A DNA stretch of 64,000 nt from Alphaproteobacteria bacterium (GTDB taxonomy: Bacteria; Pseudomonadota; Alphaproteobacteria; Bin95): NCBI GenBank assembly GCA_963665325.3, contig CAXXWS020000002.1:96001-160000 (forward strand), given 5' to 3'. Below the pieces are notes generated by a model. That model ran no database searches and was not told the DNA's origin. It saw only the letters and a program-made list of their open reading frames with translations. Positions within the stretch are counted from its first letter, which is position 1. Every line of letters starts with the position of its first letter. The position numbers and the translations under genes are program-made. This document shows, in pieces, positions 47,700-56,068 of this stretch.

Positions 47700-48722
47700 C
47701 TACATCGCCCACTCGCGCCAGGCCGCGCGGACTTCCTTGGCCTGGTCGCCCAGGCCGCGCTCGGCCATGCTCTCCTCCCAGCCCTTCAGCAGGTCGGGCG
47801 TGGCGTCCATCCACTTGGCCAGTTCGGATGCCGGGAACTCCTTGAAGACGCCGCCGGCCTTCTCGATATTGGCGATGGACGAGGCCGTGCCTGTCTCCAG
47901 CCAGTCGAGATATTCCTGCTGGCTCTTCCTCGCCTGGTCGGCGAAGATTTCCTGCACGTCCGCCGGCAGCTTGTCCCAGGCTCCCTTGCCGATGACGATC
48001 AGGTGGCCCGCGATCGTCATGGCGGTGCCGCAGTTGTATTTGCCGGGCTCGTAAAGGCGCAGGCTCTCGACATTGCCGGCATTCAGGAACGAATAGTCGA
48101 TGGTGCCGCGCTGCAGCGCCTCATAGACTTCGGTCGGCTGCACCGTGACCGGGACCGCGCCGATGGCGGCGTGCATCTTCGGCAGGTCCGCGCCGAAGCT
48201 GCGGATCTTCTTGCCCTTCAGCCCTTCTACGGTGTCGCAGTTCGGGTCCGGGCCGGTCATGTAGTAGGAGCCCAGCGGCTGCTGGAACAGGTACATGACG
48301 TTGAGCTTGTCGAGCTCCTCCTTGAAGATCGGGAACTCCTGGTAGGACTTGTAGAGGATGTTGATCGCTTCCTTCGGCTCGTCGAAGACGAAGGGGATCT
48401 GGCAAGCCTTCCAGAACAGCAGCTGGTCGGGATAGTAGCCCGGCGCGACGGACGCCATGTCGATGGCGCCGCGGCCTGCGAGCGTGGCCACTTCCGGCCC
48501 CTTGCCGAGGCCGCCGGCGAAGGTGATCTCGATCTTCACGCGGCCGTTCGTGCGCTCCGCGATCTTCTCGGCGAAGTTCTTCTCGACCTGCACGAAACCG
48601 CTGTTCGGCAGGTAGTGGCCCCAGCGCAGCTTGATCTCCTCGGCCTGCGCCGCTCCGCCGACCGCCACGGCCGAAGCGGCCAGCACGGCCGATTTCCAGA
48701 GCATCCGGATTCCGTTCTTCAT
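47700..48722 (-). CDS. TRAP substrate-binding protein (DctP)
   Basis: Signal peptide; TNGRVKIE, LKGKKIR, EVYEALQRGTID. Confidence 0.93.
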   Translation of the reverse strand: MKNGIRMLWKSAVLAASAVAVGGAAQAEEIKLRWGHYLPNSGFVQVEKNFAEKIAERTNGRVKIEITFAGGLGKGPEVATLAGRGAIDMASVAPGYYPDQLLFWKACQIPFVFDEPKEAINILYKSYQEFPIFKEELDKLNVMYLFQQPLGSYYMTGPDPNCDTVEGLKGKKIRSFGADLPKMHAAIGAVPVTVQPTEVYEALQRGTIDYSFLNAGNVESLRLYEPGKYNCGTAMTIAGHLIVIGKGAWDKLPADVQEIFADQARKSQQEYLDWLETGTASSIANIEKAGGVFKEFPASELAKWMDATPDLLKGWEESMAERGLGDQAKEVRAAWREWAM

Positions 48723-48873
48723 GCTTCTCTCCCTTTCGATGAAGCGTCTCAGGCTGCGGTCCGCCTTCCCTGACCGGGGCAGGCCGCGCGTCCCCTGGAG
48801 GCGAGCCTAGACCGTTCGCCGACCGCGTTCCAGCCTCGCACGGTCCGGCGGAGTTCGGGGACACTCCACCGGC

Positions 48874-48901
48874 ATGTCATGAAATGTCATGTTTCGTCAT
48901 G
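48874..48901. repeat. Three GTCATG direct repeats with 10-bp period
   Basis: ATGTCATGAA ATGTCATGTT TCGTCATG. Confidence 0.7.
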
Positions 48902-49147
48902 GTCCGCATGCGGTTACCGAAGCTCTGCCGCTCCATTTCTGCACATCGCTCCTCCGTCGCGCTTCCGTCCCGTCGCTGCTCTGCCGCCGTGCGGTGGGTC
49001 CCCAATTCGCGCGTATCGCATGTGCGCCCGCGCGCCCGTTAGCGCCGGCGCGGTTCGCGCGCCTGATTGCGCGCGCGAGACGGCGGACGCACCTGTCCCG
49101 TCCGTTCCCGCCGGGGTTTTCTTCGGCCCCAGCCGATCTCTGCAGAG

Positions 49148-49174
49148 AGAAAAAGGCGGCCCCACAAGCCGCCT
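49148..49174 (-). terminator. Intrinsic terminator-like hairpin just downstream of the putative promoter
   Basis: Minus strand AGGCGGC-TTGTGGG-GCCGCCT followed by TTTT. Confidence 0.55.
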
Positions 49175-49186
49175 CTTCCTGCACAC

Positions 49187-49213
49187 ATCATACCACATTT
49201 TCCTCCAGGTCAA
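49187..49213 (-). promoter_or_regulatory. Promoter-like motif with extended -10
   Basis: Minus strand TTGACC-N15-TATGAT with TG at the extended -10; spacer is short. Confidence 0.5.
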
Positions 49214-49295
49214 GTCTAATTCGGAAATAAATCCGATTTTGATGAACAAATGTCCGGTTTCGGTCCCGGTCTGCCGACATACCCCCGTCATTGCC

Positions 49296-50357
49296 TCACG
49301 GCGAGACGGCAGCGCCGTCGATCTCGATGCGGATATTGTCGGAGACGAGGTCGATATGGCGGTTGCTCTCTATCGTGCCGCCGTAAATGCCGGCCGCGCG
49401 CCAGCCGATCAGGTGGTTGTCGCCGAGCGCGATATGGGCGGTGCCGAGGCGGAACTTGTTTTCCACATGGCCCACCGGCCGGGCGTGCGGATTGGTTCCC
49501 AGGCCGAGCTCGGCGAGCAGCCTGGCATTGCCGTCCGCGGCGTCGAGCACTGCCTCCAGCCGCCGGGCGGCCGCGCCGCCGGAGAGGCCGACCAGCCGGC
49601 CGGCGGCGAACTCCAGCCGGATCGGGTCCTCCAGCAGGCCGAGCTGCGGGCCGGCGTCGGCCAGATAGACGACCTGCCCGAAGGCATCGGCCACGAAGAC
49701 GCCCTCGGCGCTGCCTTCTTCCGGCGACAGCATGGCCTCGCCGCTCGGGAAGGAGCCGAAGCCGGTATCTTCCTCCGCGAAGCCGGTGAGCGGCAGGCAG
49801 GGGCGGCAGACGCGAACGGTGAGGTCGGTTCCGTTCGGTGAGGTAACGCGCACGGAAGGCGCCGCCGACACCGCTCCGGCCAGCCGGCGCGTGCGGTCCC
49901 GCAGCTCCAACGGATCGGCGAGCGCCGCGCCGCGCACGAAATCCTCCAGCGGCGCGTTGTTGATGAGCACCTGCCTGCGTCCGGCGGCGAAGAGCGCGCG
50001 GCTCAGATCGTCATAGGCGCGGGGAAAGCGGATGGAGGTCGCCACGATCGTGAGGCCGGCGCGCTCGACGGCGGCAATCACCGGCGCAGGGTGGCGGTAG
50101 TCGGCCATGTCGTCCGGGCAGGCGATGACGGCAGCCGTTGCCGTGCCCGCGCCGGCCGCATCGGCTGCCGCCAGCAGCGCATCCGCGAGACCCGCCTCCT
50201 GATCCGAACTGGTGACCACCAGCACGTCTTCGCCGGGGCGGACATTGCCGCTCGCCAGGTTCGCGGCCGCGCGGCGCAATTCGTGGGAAGGGAAGACGGG
50301 CAAGGGCCTGGCTCCGGCAGGGTGAGAGGCCGCCAACCGTAGGGGCTCGCCGAACAT
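49296..50357 (-). CDS. M29 (aminopeptidase T-like) metallopeptidase family protein
   Basis: VTSPNGTDL, FPSGEA, LAELGLGTNP, GTAHIALGDN, HID motifs. Confidence 0.82.
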   Translation of the reverse strand: MFGEPLRLAASHPAGARPLPVFPSHELRRAAANLASGNVRPGEDVLVVTSSDQEAGLADALLAAADAAGAGTATAAVIACPDDMADYRHPAPVIAAVERAGLTIVATSIRFPRAYDDLSRALFAAGRRQVLINNAPLEDFVRGAALADPLELRDRTRRLAGAVSAAPSVRVTSPNGTDLTVRVCRPCLPLTGFAEEDTGFGSFPSGEAMLSPEEGSAEGVFVADAFGQVVYLADAGPQLGLLEDPIRLEFAAGRLVGLSGGAAARRLEAVLDAADGNARLLAELGLGTNPHARPVGHVENKFRLGTAHIALGDNHLIGWRAAGIYGGTIESNRHIDLVSDNIRIEIDGAAVSP

Positions 50358-50437
50358 GCGGCAATTGCCGCCCTTCGGCCCGGGGGTCGAGAAATGCAGG
50401 CAGGTCGGGCCGCCGATGCTGGTACATTGGCCGTCAG

Positions 50438-50781
50438 CTAGCCCGCATTTCTCACCAGGGTCATGGTCTGCGCGGCGCTGTCGGGCCGGCAGGGTAGGAG
50501 AGACTCGCAGCGCATCGTGCGTTGACGCGCGTGGGCGCACGGAGCGGGGCATCGGGCAAGCGGCTCGACGCACCCTGCCGGCCCGACAGCGCCGCCCTTC
50601 GGGTCGCGCCCAGGCGTCCGCCCGCGGCGGCGTAAACGCCGCCATCCATACAAACTGCCGCGTTGCGCGCGGCGTCGCGGGCCTCAACCGTAGGCTGTGC
50701 TACGCTTTTCGGCCCGCTCCTTGCGGAGCGAACGCCTAGACAACGACGCAGGCCGTGACCATGGTGAGAAATGCGGGCTAG
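50438..50781. mobile_element. 344-bp MITE-like element with long terminal inverted repeats
   Basis: Left CTAGCCCGCATTTCTCACCAGGGTCATGGTCTGCG versus right reverse complement CTAGCCCGCATTTCTCACCATGGTCACGGCCTGCG. Internal perfect 24-bp IR at 50472-50495/50572-50595. Confidence 0.85.
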
Positions 50782-50787
50782 AACGCC

Positions 50788-51306
50788 ATGCCGGAGCGCG
50801 CCATGCACGACCGCCACCGCCTCGTTCCCGACGATTTCGACGTTCCCGACGTTCTCGAGCATCCGCAGTTCCGCCTACGGATGCTGTCGGTCAACGATCT
50901 CATCAAGGACTACGATGCCGCGATGTCGAGCGTCGAGCACCTGCGCGCGACCTACAGCCCGGAAAGCGGCGGCTCATGGCCCGAAGGGCTCACCATCGAG
51001 GACGACCTCGTCGATCTCGGCTGGCACCAGCACGAGTTCAGGCACCGCTCCTCCTTCGCCTACACCGTGATGACGCCCGGCGAAGACCGGTGCCTTGGCT
51101 GCGTCTACATCAAGCCCACCCGAAAGCGCGGCCACGACTGCAAGGTCATGATGTGGGTGCGCGCCGATGCCCTAGCTAGCGGCCTCGACGAGGAGCTCTA
51201 CCGGACCGTTCGCACCTGGATCGCCGACATCTGGCCCTTCGCCAATCCGGCCTTCCCCGGCCGCGCCGTCTCCTTCGAGGCATGGCGCGCATTGCCGAGC
51301 GAGTGA
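50788..51306 (+). CDS. GNAT-like N-acetyltransferase
   Basis: DYDAAMSS, DL.WH..EF..R.SFAY, LGCVYI.P, WVR pattern; start may be 50803. Confidence 0.75.
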   Translation: MPERAMHDRHRLVPDDFDVPDVLEHPQFRLRMLSVNDLIKDYDAAMSSVEHLRATYSPESGGSWPEGLTIEDDLVDLGWHQHEFRHRSSFAYTVMTPGEDRCLGCVYIKPTRKRGHDCKVMMWVRADALASGLDEELYRTVRTWIADIWPFANPAFPGRAVSFEAWRALPSE

Positions 51307-51376
51307 GCGCCCGGCCGCAATGAACCGGACTGCGCGGACCATGACATTGCCGGGAAACGCAGGCTACTCTTCTGTC

Positions 51377-52306
51377 ATGGCCAGCGAAAAGATCGTCCTT
51401 TACGAAAACCTGCGCGCCTGCAGCTACACGCCGTTCTACCTGGCGCAGTTGACCGGGCTCTTCGAAGCGGAGGGGCTGGAGGTCGATCTCCGGCTCTCGC
51501 CCTCGCCGCCGGAGACGGCCCAGGGGCTGATCGAGGGGCGTGCGGATGTCTCCTTCGGCGGGCCGATGCGGGTCGCCATGCACCACGATGCCGCCCATGC
51601 GCGCGGGGAGACGAGCCCGCTGGTCTGTTTTGCGCAGGTTGTGGCCCGCGACCCGTTCATTCTGGTCGGCCGCACGCCCAACCCGCATTTCCGGTTCGAA
51701 GACCTGGTCGGCCCGCGCGTCGGCGTCGCGACCGATGTTCCGACGCCGTGGATGACGCTTTATGACGACCTCGACCGCGCCGGCATCGACCCCGCCGCCC
51801 TGACCCGCGCGCCCGACGCCTCCATGGCAGAGAACGCCGAGGCGCTGAAGCGGGGCGAGATCGATGTGGTGCAGCTGTTCGAGCCCCATGCCGAAGGGCT
51901 GGTCTCCGGCGGGCACGGGCATGTGTGGCATCGCTTCTCGGTGCGCGGCGACATCGCCTTCACCACCTTCTACACGACCCGGCGTTTCGCCGCCGGGCGC
52001 CGAGGCGCCTGCATGGCGCTGACCCGCGCCATCGCCGCAGCGCTGGCGCTTATCCATGAGACGGACCCCGCCGAAACCGCCGCCATTGTCGGTCCGGCGT
52101 TCTTCCCCGACCTGCCGCCAGAGGGCTTCGCGCGCATCGTGGCGCACTATCGCGAGGCCGGTATCTGGCCGCGCACCACCGCGCTGCCGGCCGCCGCCTA
52201 TGCCCGCCTCAAGGCGGCCCTGCTGGCGGGCGGGCTGATCGCTTACGACGTGCCCTATGACGACGCCGTCGATGCCGCATTGTCGGAACCCGGAGCGGCG
52301 CCGTGA
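51377..52306 (+). CDS. NMT1/THI5-like substrate-binding-fold protein (no obvious signal peptide)
   Basis: ENLRA..YTPFYLA..GLFEAEGL, GGPMR, RDPF.LVGR motifs. Confidence 0.82.
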   Translation: MASEKIVLYENLRACSYTPFYLAQLTGLFEAEGLEVDLRLSPSPPETAQGLIEGRADVSFGGPMRVAMHHDAAHARGETSPLVCFAQVVARDPFILVGRTPNPHFRFEDLVGPRVGVATDVPTPWMTLYDDLDRAGIDPAALTRAPDASMAENAEALKRGEIDVVQLFEPHAEGLVSGGHGHVWHRFSVRGDIAFTTFYTTRRFAAGRRGACMALTRAIAAALALIHETDPAETAAIVGPAFFPDLPPEGFARIVAHYREAGIWPRTTALPAAAYARLKAALLAGGLIAYDVPYDDAVDAALSEPGAAP

Positions 52307-53304
52307 GCGGAAGCGTCCCCGTTGTCGATATTGCGCCGTTCCTCGACGGCACCGACAAACCGTCGGTCGCCCGCGCCGTGGCCGAAGCCTGCGAACGGAT
52401 CGGCTTCCTCACCGTTTCCGGCCACGGCCTCGACCCGGCGGTCGTCGAACGCGCCTTCGAGAGGTCGCGGGCCTTCTTCGACCTGCCGCGCGCCGAAAAG
52501 GACCGCTGGCATCCGACCGGCCCTTCGCGCCAGCGGGGCTTCCACGGCTTCGCCACGCGGGGCCTGGCCTACACTCTGGGAGAGGACGCGCCGCCCGATC
52601 TCCGCGAGACCTTCTTCCTCGGACCCGTGGACGACCACCGCGAGCATTTTGCCAACCTGCCTGAGGCGGCGAACGCCTACGCGCCCAACATCTATCCCGA
52701 TGCGCCGGCGGGAACGGCCGAGGCGCTGGTCGGGATCTACCGTGCCTATGAGCGTCTCTCGGCAGACCTGCTGCGCATCTTCGCGGTGGCGCTGGACCAG
52801 CCGGAGGACTGGTTCGCCGGATTCATCCAGCGCCATTTCTCCATCCTGTCGAGCCACCACTACCCCGCGCTCCGCGAGCTGCCGAAGCCGGGCCAGCTCC
52901 GCACGGGCGCGCACACCGATTTCGGCGCGCTAACGATCCTGGCGATGACGGATGCCGACGGGGGGCTGGAAGTGCGGATGCCGGACGGCGCCTGGCAGCC
53001 CGTCCGGCCGCCTCCGGGAACGCTGGTCGTCAATCTCGGGGACATGATGGCGCGCTGGACCGACGGGCGCTGGACCTCGACGCTGCACCGCGTCGCCAAT
53101 CCGCGCGACCTGAACAGCGCGCGTTCCCGGCGGCAGACCATCGGCTATTTCATGCATCCCGACTACGACGCGCCGATCGGCGCGATCCCATCCTGCGTGC
53201 CGGACGGCGAAAAGCCCGGGTTCCCCACGATCTCGGCCGGCGAGCACATCGCGATGAAAATCGCCGCCAGCCACGAAGGCGCGGCCGCGGCGAAGTCGGC
53301 GTAA
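52303..53304 (+). CDS. 2OG-Fe(II) oxygenase, IPNS-like family (paralog of 11536..12522)
   Basis: VPVVDI, GFLTVSGHG, HTDFG, STLHRV, RQT. Confidence 0.92.
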   Translation: MSGSVPVVDIAPFLDGTDKPSVARAVAEACERIGFLTVSGHGLDPAVVERAFERSRAFFDLPRAEKDRWHPTGPSRQRGFHGFATRGLAYTLGEDAPPDLRETFFLGPVDDHREHFANLPEAANAYAPNIYPDAPAGTAEALVGIYRAYERLSADLLRIFAVALDQPEDWFAGFIQRHFSILSSHHYPALRELPKPGQLRTGAHTDFGALTILAMTDADGGLEVRMPDGAWQPVRPPPGTLVVNLGDMMARWTDGRWTSTLHRVANPRDLNSARSRRQTIGYFMHPDYDAPIGAIPSCVPDGEKPGFPTISAGEHIAMKIAASHEGAAAAKSA

Positions 53305-53312
53305 GGCTCCGG

Positions 53313-54308
53313 CTACCGGGGCGCGCAGGCCTCTATGGCGGCGAGGAACTTCTCCTTCGCGCCGGGGCCGCGGGCGAAGGGGCTGATGATCGGCAGGTCG
53401 AGGCCCGAGGCGCGATAGGCTTCCAGCCGCTCGCGGCACTCGGCCGGCTGTCCTGCAATGCCGGTGGCGGCGATCATGTCGTCGGTTACGGCCCGCTCGG
53501 CGCCTGTCCTGTCGTCGGCGGCCCAGGCCCGTGCGATTGCCGCCGCCTCGTCGGGGAAGCCGTTTTCGGCGATCAGGCGGTTGTAGCGGGGGAAGAAGCC
53601 CGCATAGAACGCAAGGCCGGGGCGGGCGGCGGCAAAGGCCTCGTCCCGGTCCGCCGAGACGCTCGTGGGCAACAGCGATGAAATCTCGACCGCACGCGCG
53701 TCGCGGCCGGCCCGGCGGGCGCCGGCGGCCACATGCGCACGCGCCTTGGCTGCGCTTGCAAGCGTGCCCCGCGTGAGGATCACGCCGTCCGCGACCTCGC
53801 CGCAAAGCTCGGTCATCTTCGGGAACAGGGCAGAAATGTAGATCGGCAGGTCGTCCCGGAACGGCCGGAACCAGAGATCGAAATGCTCGATCCGGACCGT
53901 ATCGCCGTCATGGCTGACCTCGCCGTCGCGGAGCAGCGCGCGGACCACGGCTGTCGTGTCGCGCACACGCCCGAGGGGCTTGGAATATTCCACCCCGTGT
54001 TCCGGCCCGACCTGGACCCTGTGGCTGGACCCGAGCCCCAGCACGAACCGGCCGCCGGAAAGCTCGTCCACCGCCGCGGCCGCCATGGCGATGGTGGGCG
54101 CGGTGCGCACGAACACGCTGGTGATGGCGGTGCCGAGCCGCACCCGCTTTGTGCGGAGCGCGCAGGCCGCGAGGATCGCGAACTGGTCGCCGCCGTGCCC
54201 CTCCGCGACCCAGACCGACTCGTAGCCGAGCGCTTCGGCCCGCTCCGCGCAGTCGACGATCTCGGTGGCGGTGAGCCCGCCCGAAATTGCGATTCCGATT
54301 CGTGACAC
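53313..54308 (-). CDS. LLM-class flavin-dependent oxidoreductase
   Basis: AEALGYESVWVAE, LSGGRFVLGLG, GEVADG; GTG start. Confidence 0.9.
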   Translation of the reverse strand: MSRIGIAISGGLTATEIVDCAERAEALGYESVWVAEGHGGDQFAILAACALRTKRVRLGTAITSVFVRTAPTIAMAAAAVDELSGGRFVLGLGSSHRVQVGPEHGVEYSKPLGRVRDTTAVVRALLRDGEVSHDGDTVRIEHFDLWFRPFRDDLPIYISALFPKMTELCGEVADGVILTRGTLASAAKARAHVAAGARRAGRDARAVEISSLLPTSVSADRDEAFAAARPGLAFYAGFFPRYNRLIAENGFPDEAAAIARAWAADDRTGAERAVTDDMIAATGIAGQPAECRERLEAYRASGLDLPIISPFARGPGAKEKFLAAIEACAPR

Positions 54309-54485
54309 CGATCTGGTCCTCCCCGTCTCGGGCGTCGATGTTCGGCCAGGGCACCGCTTGACGCAAGGGCGCGGGCAGGTCCGGTTGCGGCCGGAAAGCC
54401 CGAGGTTGCATAATCGCAGCCCCGACGGACGGTTGCGGGAAGACGTCCCTGTACCAGGCAGCAACAACGACGGACGCGCGACCCG

Positions 54486-55334
54486 GTGTTCGAGGTCGCT
54501 GAAACGCTCCAGCGCGTCGCGTGGCTGGCGGTGGCGGGCGGCCTTGTCCTGCTGGCGCTCGGCAGCGTGCATCTGCTGCTGGTCTATGCGGGGCTGCTCG
54601 CCCGGAGGCAAAGCGGCTGGCGGCAGTGGGCGGGGAGGCGGTCCTTCACTGCTGCGCTTGTGCTGCTGCTGGGCGCCGCCCTCATGCAGGTGGTGGCGCA
54701 TCGCGGCCTTGCGGGCCGGCCGGAACCGGCCCAGGCGGTCGTCGCCGCGCTGCCGGCCGCGGAAGACCGGGCCGTTGAGGAGCCTGCGGACAAGGCCCCG
54801 AAGGCAGAAATGCGCCCGGCCGTATCGGCTGCGGAGGCCGAGGCGGCTTTCGAGGAAGCGCTTGCGGCCCGCACGGCAGGGCAGGCGGCCGATGCCGAAC
54901 GGGCCTACGGGCAGGCCCGCGACGCCTTCGCGGTGCTGGGCGATGCCCGGCGGGAGGCGGACGCCCTTCACGGGCTGGGCGACATGGCGCTGGGTCGAGA
55001 CGATCTGGCGGACGCCGAACGGCGCTATCTCGAAGCACGGCGCCTCTTTGCCGGCCTCGGCAATGGCATCGGGGAGGCGAATGCGCTGGTCGGCCTCGCC
55101 TCCGTGAAGGCAGGCGCCGGGGCACGCGCGGAGGCCGAACGCCTGCTGGACGAGGCCCATGCCATCTACCTGACGGCGGTGTCGGTACGCGGGCGCGCCA
55201 ATGTCACGCTGGCGCGGGCAGGCCTCGCGACCGACCCCGCGAGGGCGCGCCGGCTCTACAAGGACGCCGCCGGCCTCTATATCCGCGCGGGGATGCCCAA
55301 GTGGGCGGACTACGCCCGCAGCCGGGCGCGCTGA
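54486..55334 (+). CDS. Membrane-anchored TPR-like protein
   Basis: Two N-terminal TM helices, linker, repeated GD...EADALHGLG / GN..GEANALVGLA helical units. Confidence 0.72.
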   Translation: MFEVAETLQRVAWLAVAGGLVLLALGSVHLLLVYAGLLARRQSGWRQWAGRRSFTAALVLLLGAALMQVVAHRGLAGRPEPAQAVVAALPAAEDRAVEEPADKAPKAEMRPAVSAAEAEAAFEEALAARTAGQAADAERAYGQARDAFAVLGDARREADALHGLGDMALGRDDLADAERRYLEARRLFAGLGNGIGEANALVGLASVKAGAGARAEAERLLDEAHAIYLTAVSVRGRANVTLARAGLATDPARARRLYKDAAGLYIRAGMPKWADYARSRAR

Positions 55335-55349
55335 GTCCCGGCCGGCTCC

Positions 55350-56057
55350 TTAATACCGGCCGATGACTTGCCCGTGCGCCGTGCTATCGGGCAAGGCGAG
55401 GTTGAGGATGAGGTCTGCCGCCCTGTCGGGCGTGGGCAGGTCCGCCGCATCTTCGCCCGGAAAGGCGCCGGCGCGCAGCCGGGTGCGCATCGGCCCCGGA
55501 TCGACGAGATTGACCCGTAGCGCCGTGCGTGCGGTTTCCGCCGCATAGACGCGGACCAGCGCCTCGAGCGCAGCCTTGCTCGCGCCATAGGCCCCCCAAT
55601 AGGCGCGGGAAACGGAACTGCAGGTTGTGAACACCGCCCGGCCCGCCGGCGCGCGCCGAAGCAGCGGGTCCGCAACCCGGATCAGGCGCATGGCGGCGGT
55701 GAGGTTGGTGTCGAGCACGCGCCGCCAGGCGTCGTCGGCGATCTGGTGCGCCGGCCCGAGCGTGCCGAGTGCGGCGGCGCAGGACACCAGGATGTCCAGC
55801 CGCCCGAACCGCGCGCCGAGCGCGGTGACGGCCCGTTCCAGGTCTCCGGGCGCAGTAAGATCGAGCGGACAGAGCGTCGCCTCGCCGCCCGCCGTGCGGA
55901 CCGCATCGTCGGTCTCTTCCAGCCCGCCGACCGTGCGGGCGAGCAGCACGACATGAGCGCCCGCGCCGGCCACTCGCAGCGCCGCCGCCCGGCCAAGTCC
56001 CCGAGAGGCTCCGGTCACAAGTGCGACCCGGCCGTCAAGCAGATTCGATTCCGGCAC
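55350..56057 (-). CDS. SDR family oxidoreductase (YciK-like)
   Basis: TGASRGLG, YGASK, VDPGPMRT; usual neighbour of purF in Alphaproteobacteria. Confidence 0.9.
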   Translation of the reverse strand: MPESNLLDGRVALVTGASRGLGRAAALRVAGAGAHVVLLARTVGGLEETDDAVRTAGGEATLCPLDLTAPGDLERAVTALGARFGRLDILVSCAAALGTLGPAHQIADDAWRRVLDTNLTAAMRLIRVADPLLRRAPAGRAVFTTCSSVSRAYWGAYGASKAALEALVRVYAAETARTALRVNLVDPGPMRTRLRAGAFPGEDAADLPTPDRAADLILNLALPDSTAHGQVIGRY

Positions 56058-56068
56058 GGGCGGCTGGC

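Noticed and set aside
48879-49291. ORFs in the dctP upstream gap
   Set aside because: Low-complexity translations in several frames with no RBS or motif; treated as non-coding.
49296-50357. NicX 2,5-dihydroxypyridine dioxygenase / nicotinate pathway
   Set aside because: It keeps the Glu-rich M29 peptidase pattern (PSGE, AELG, GTAH, HID), and other nic genes are not evident.
21860-55340. Classical tRNA-integrated genomic island
   Set aside because: I found no duplicated tRNA 3' end and no integrase by eye, and GC is mostly host-like.
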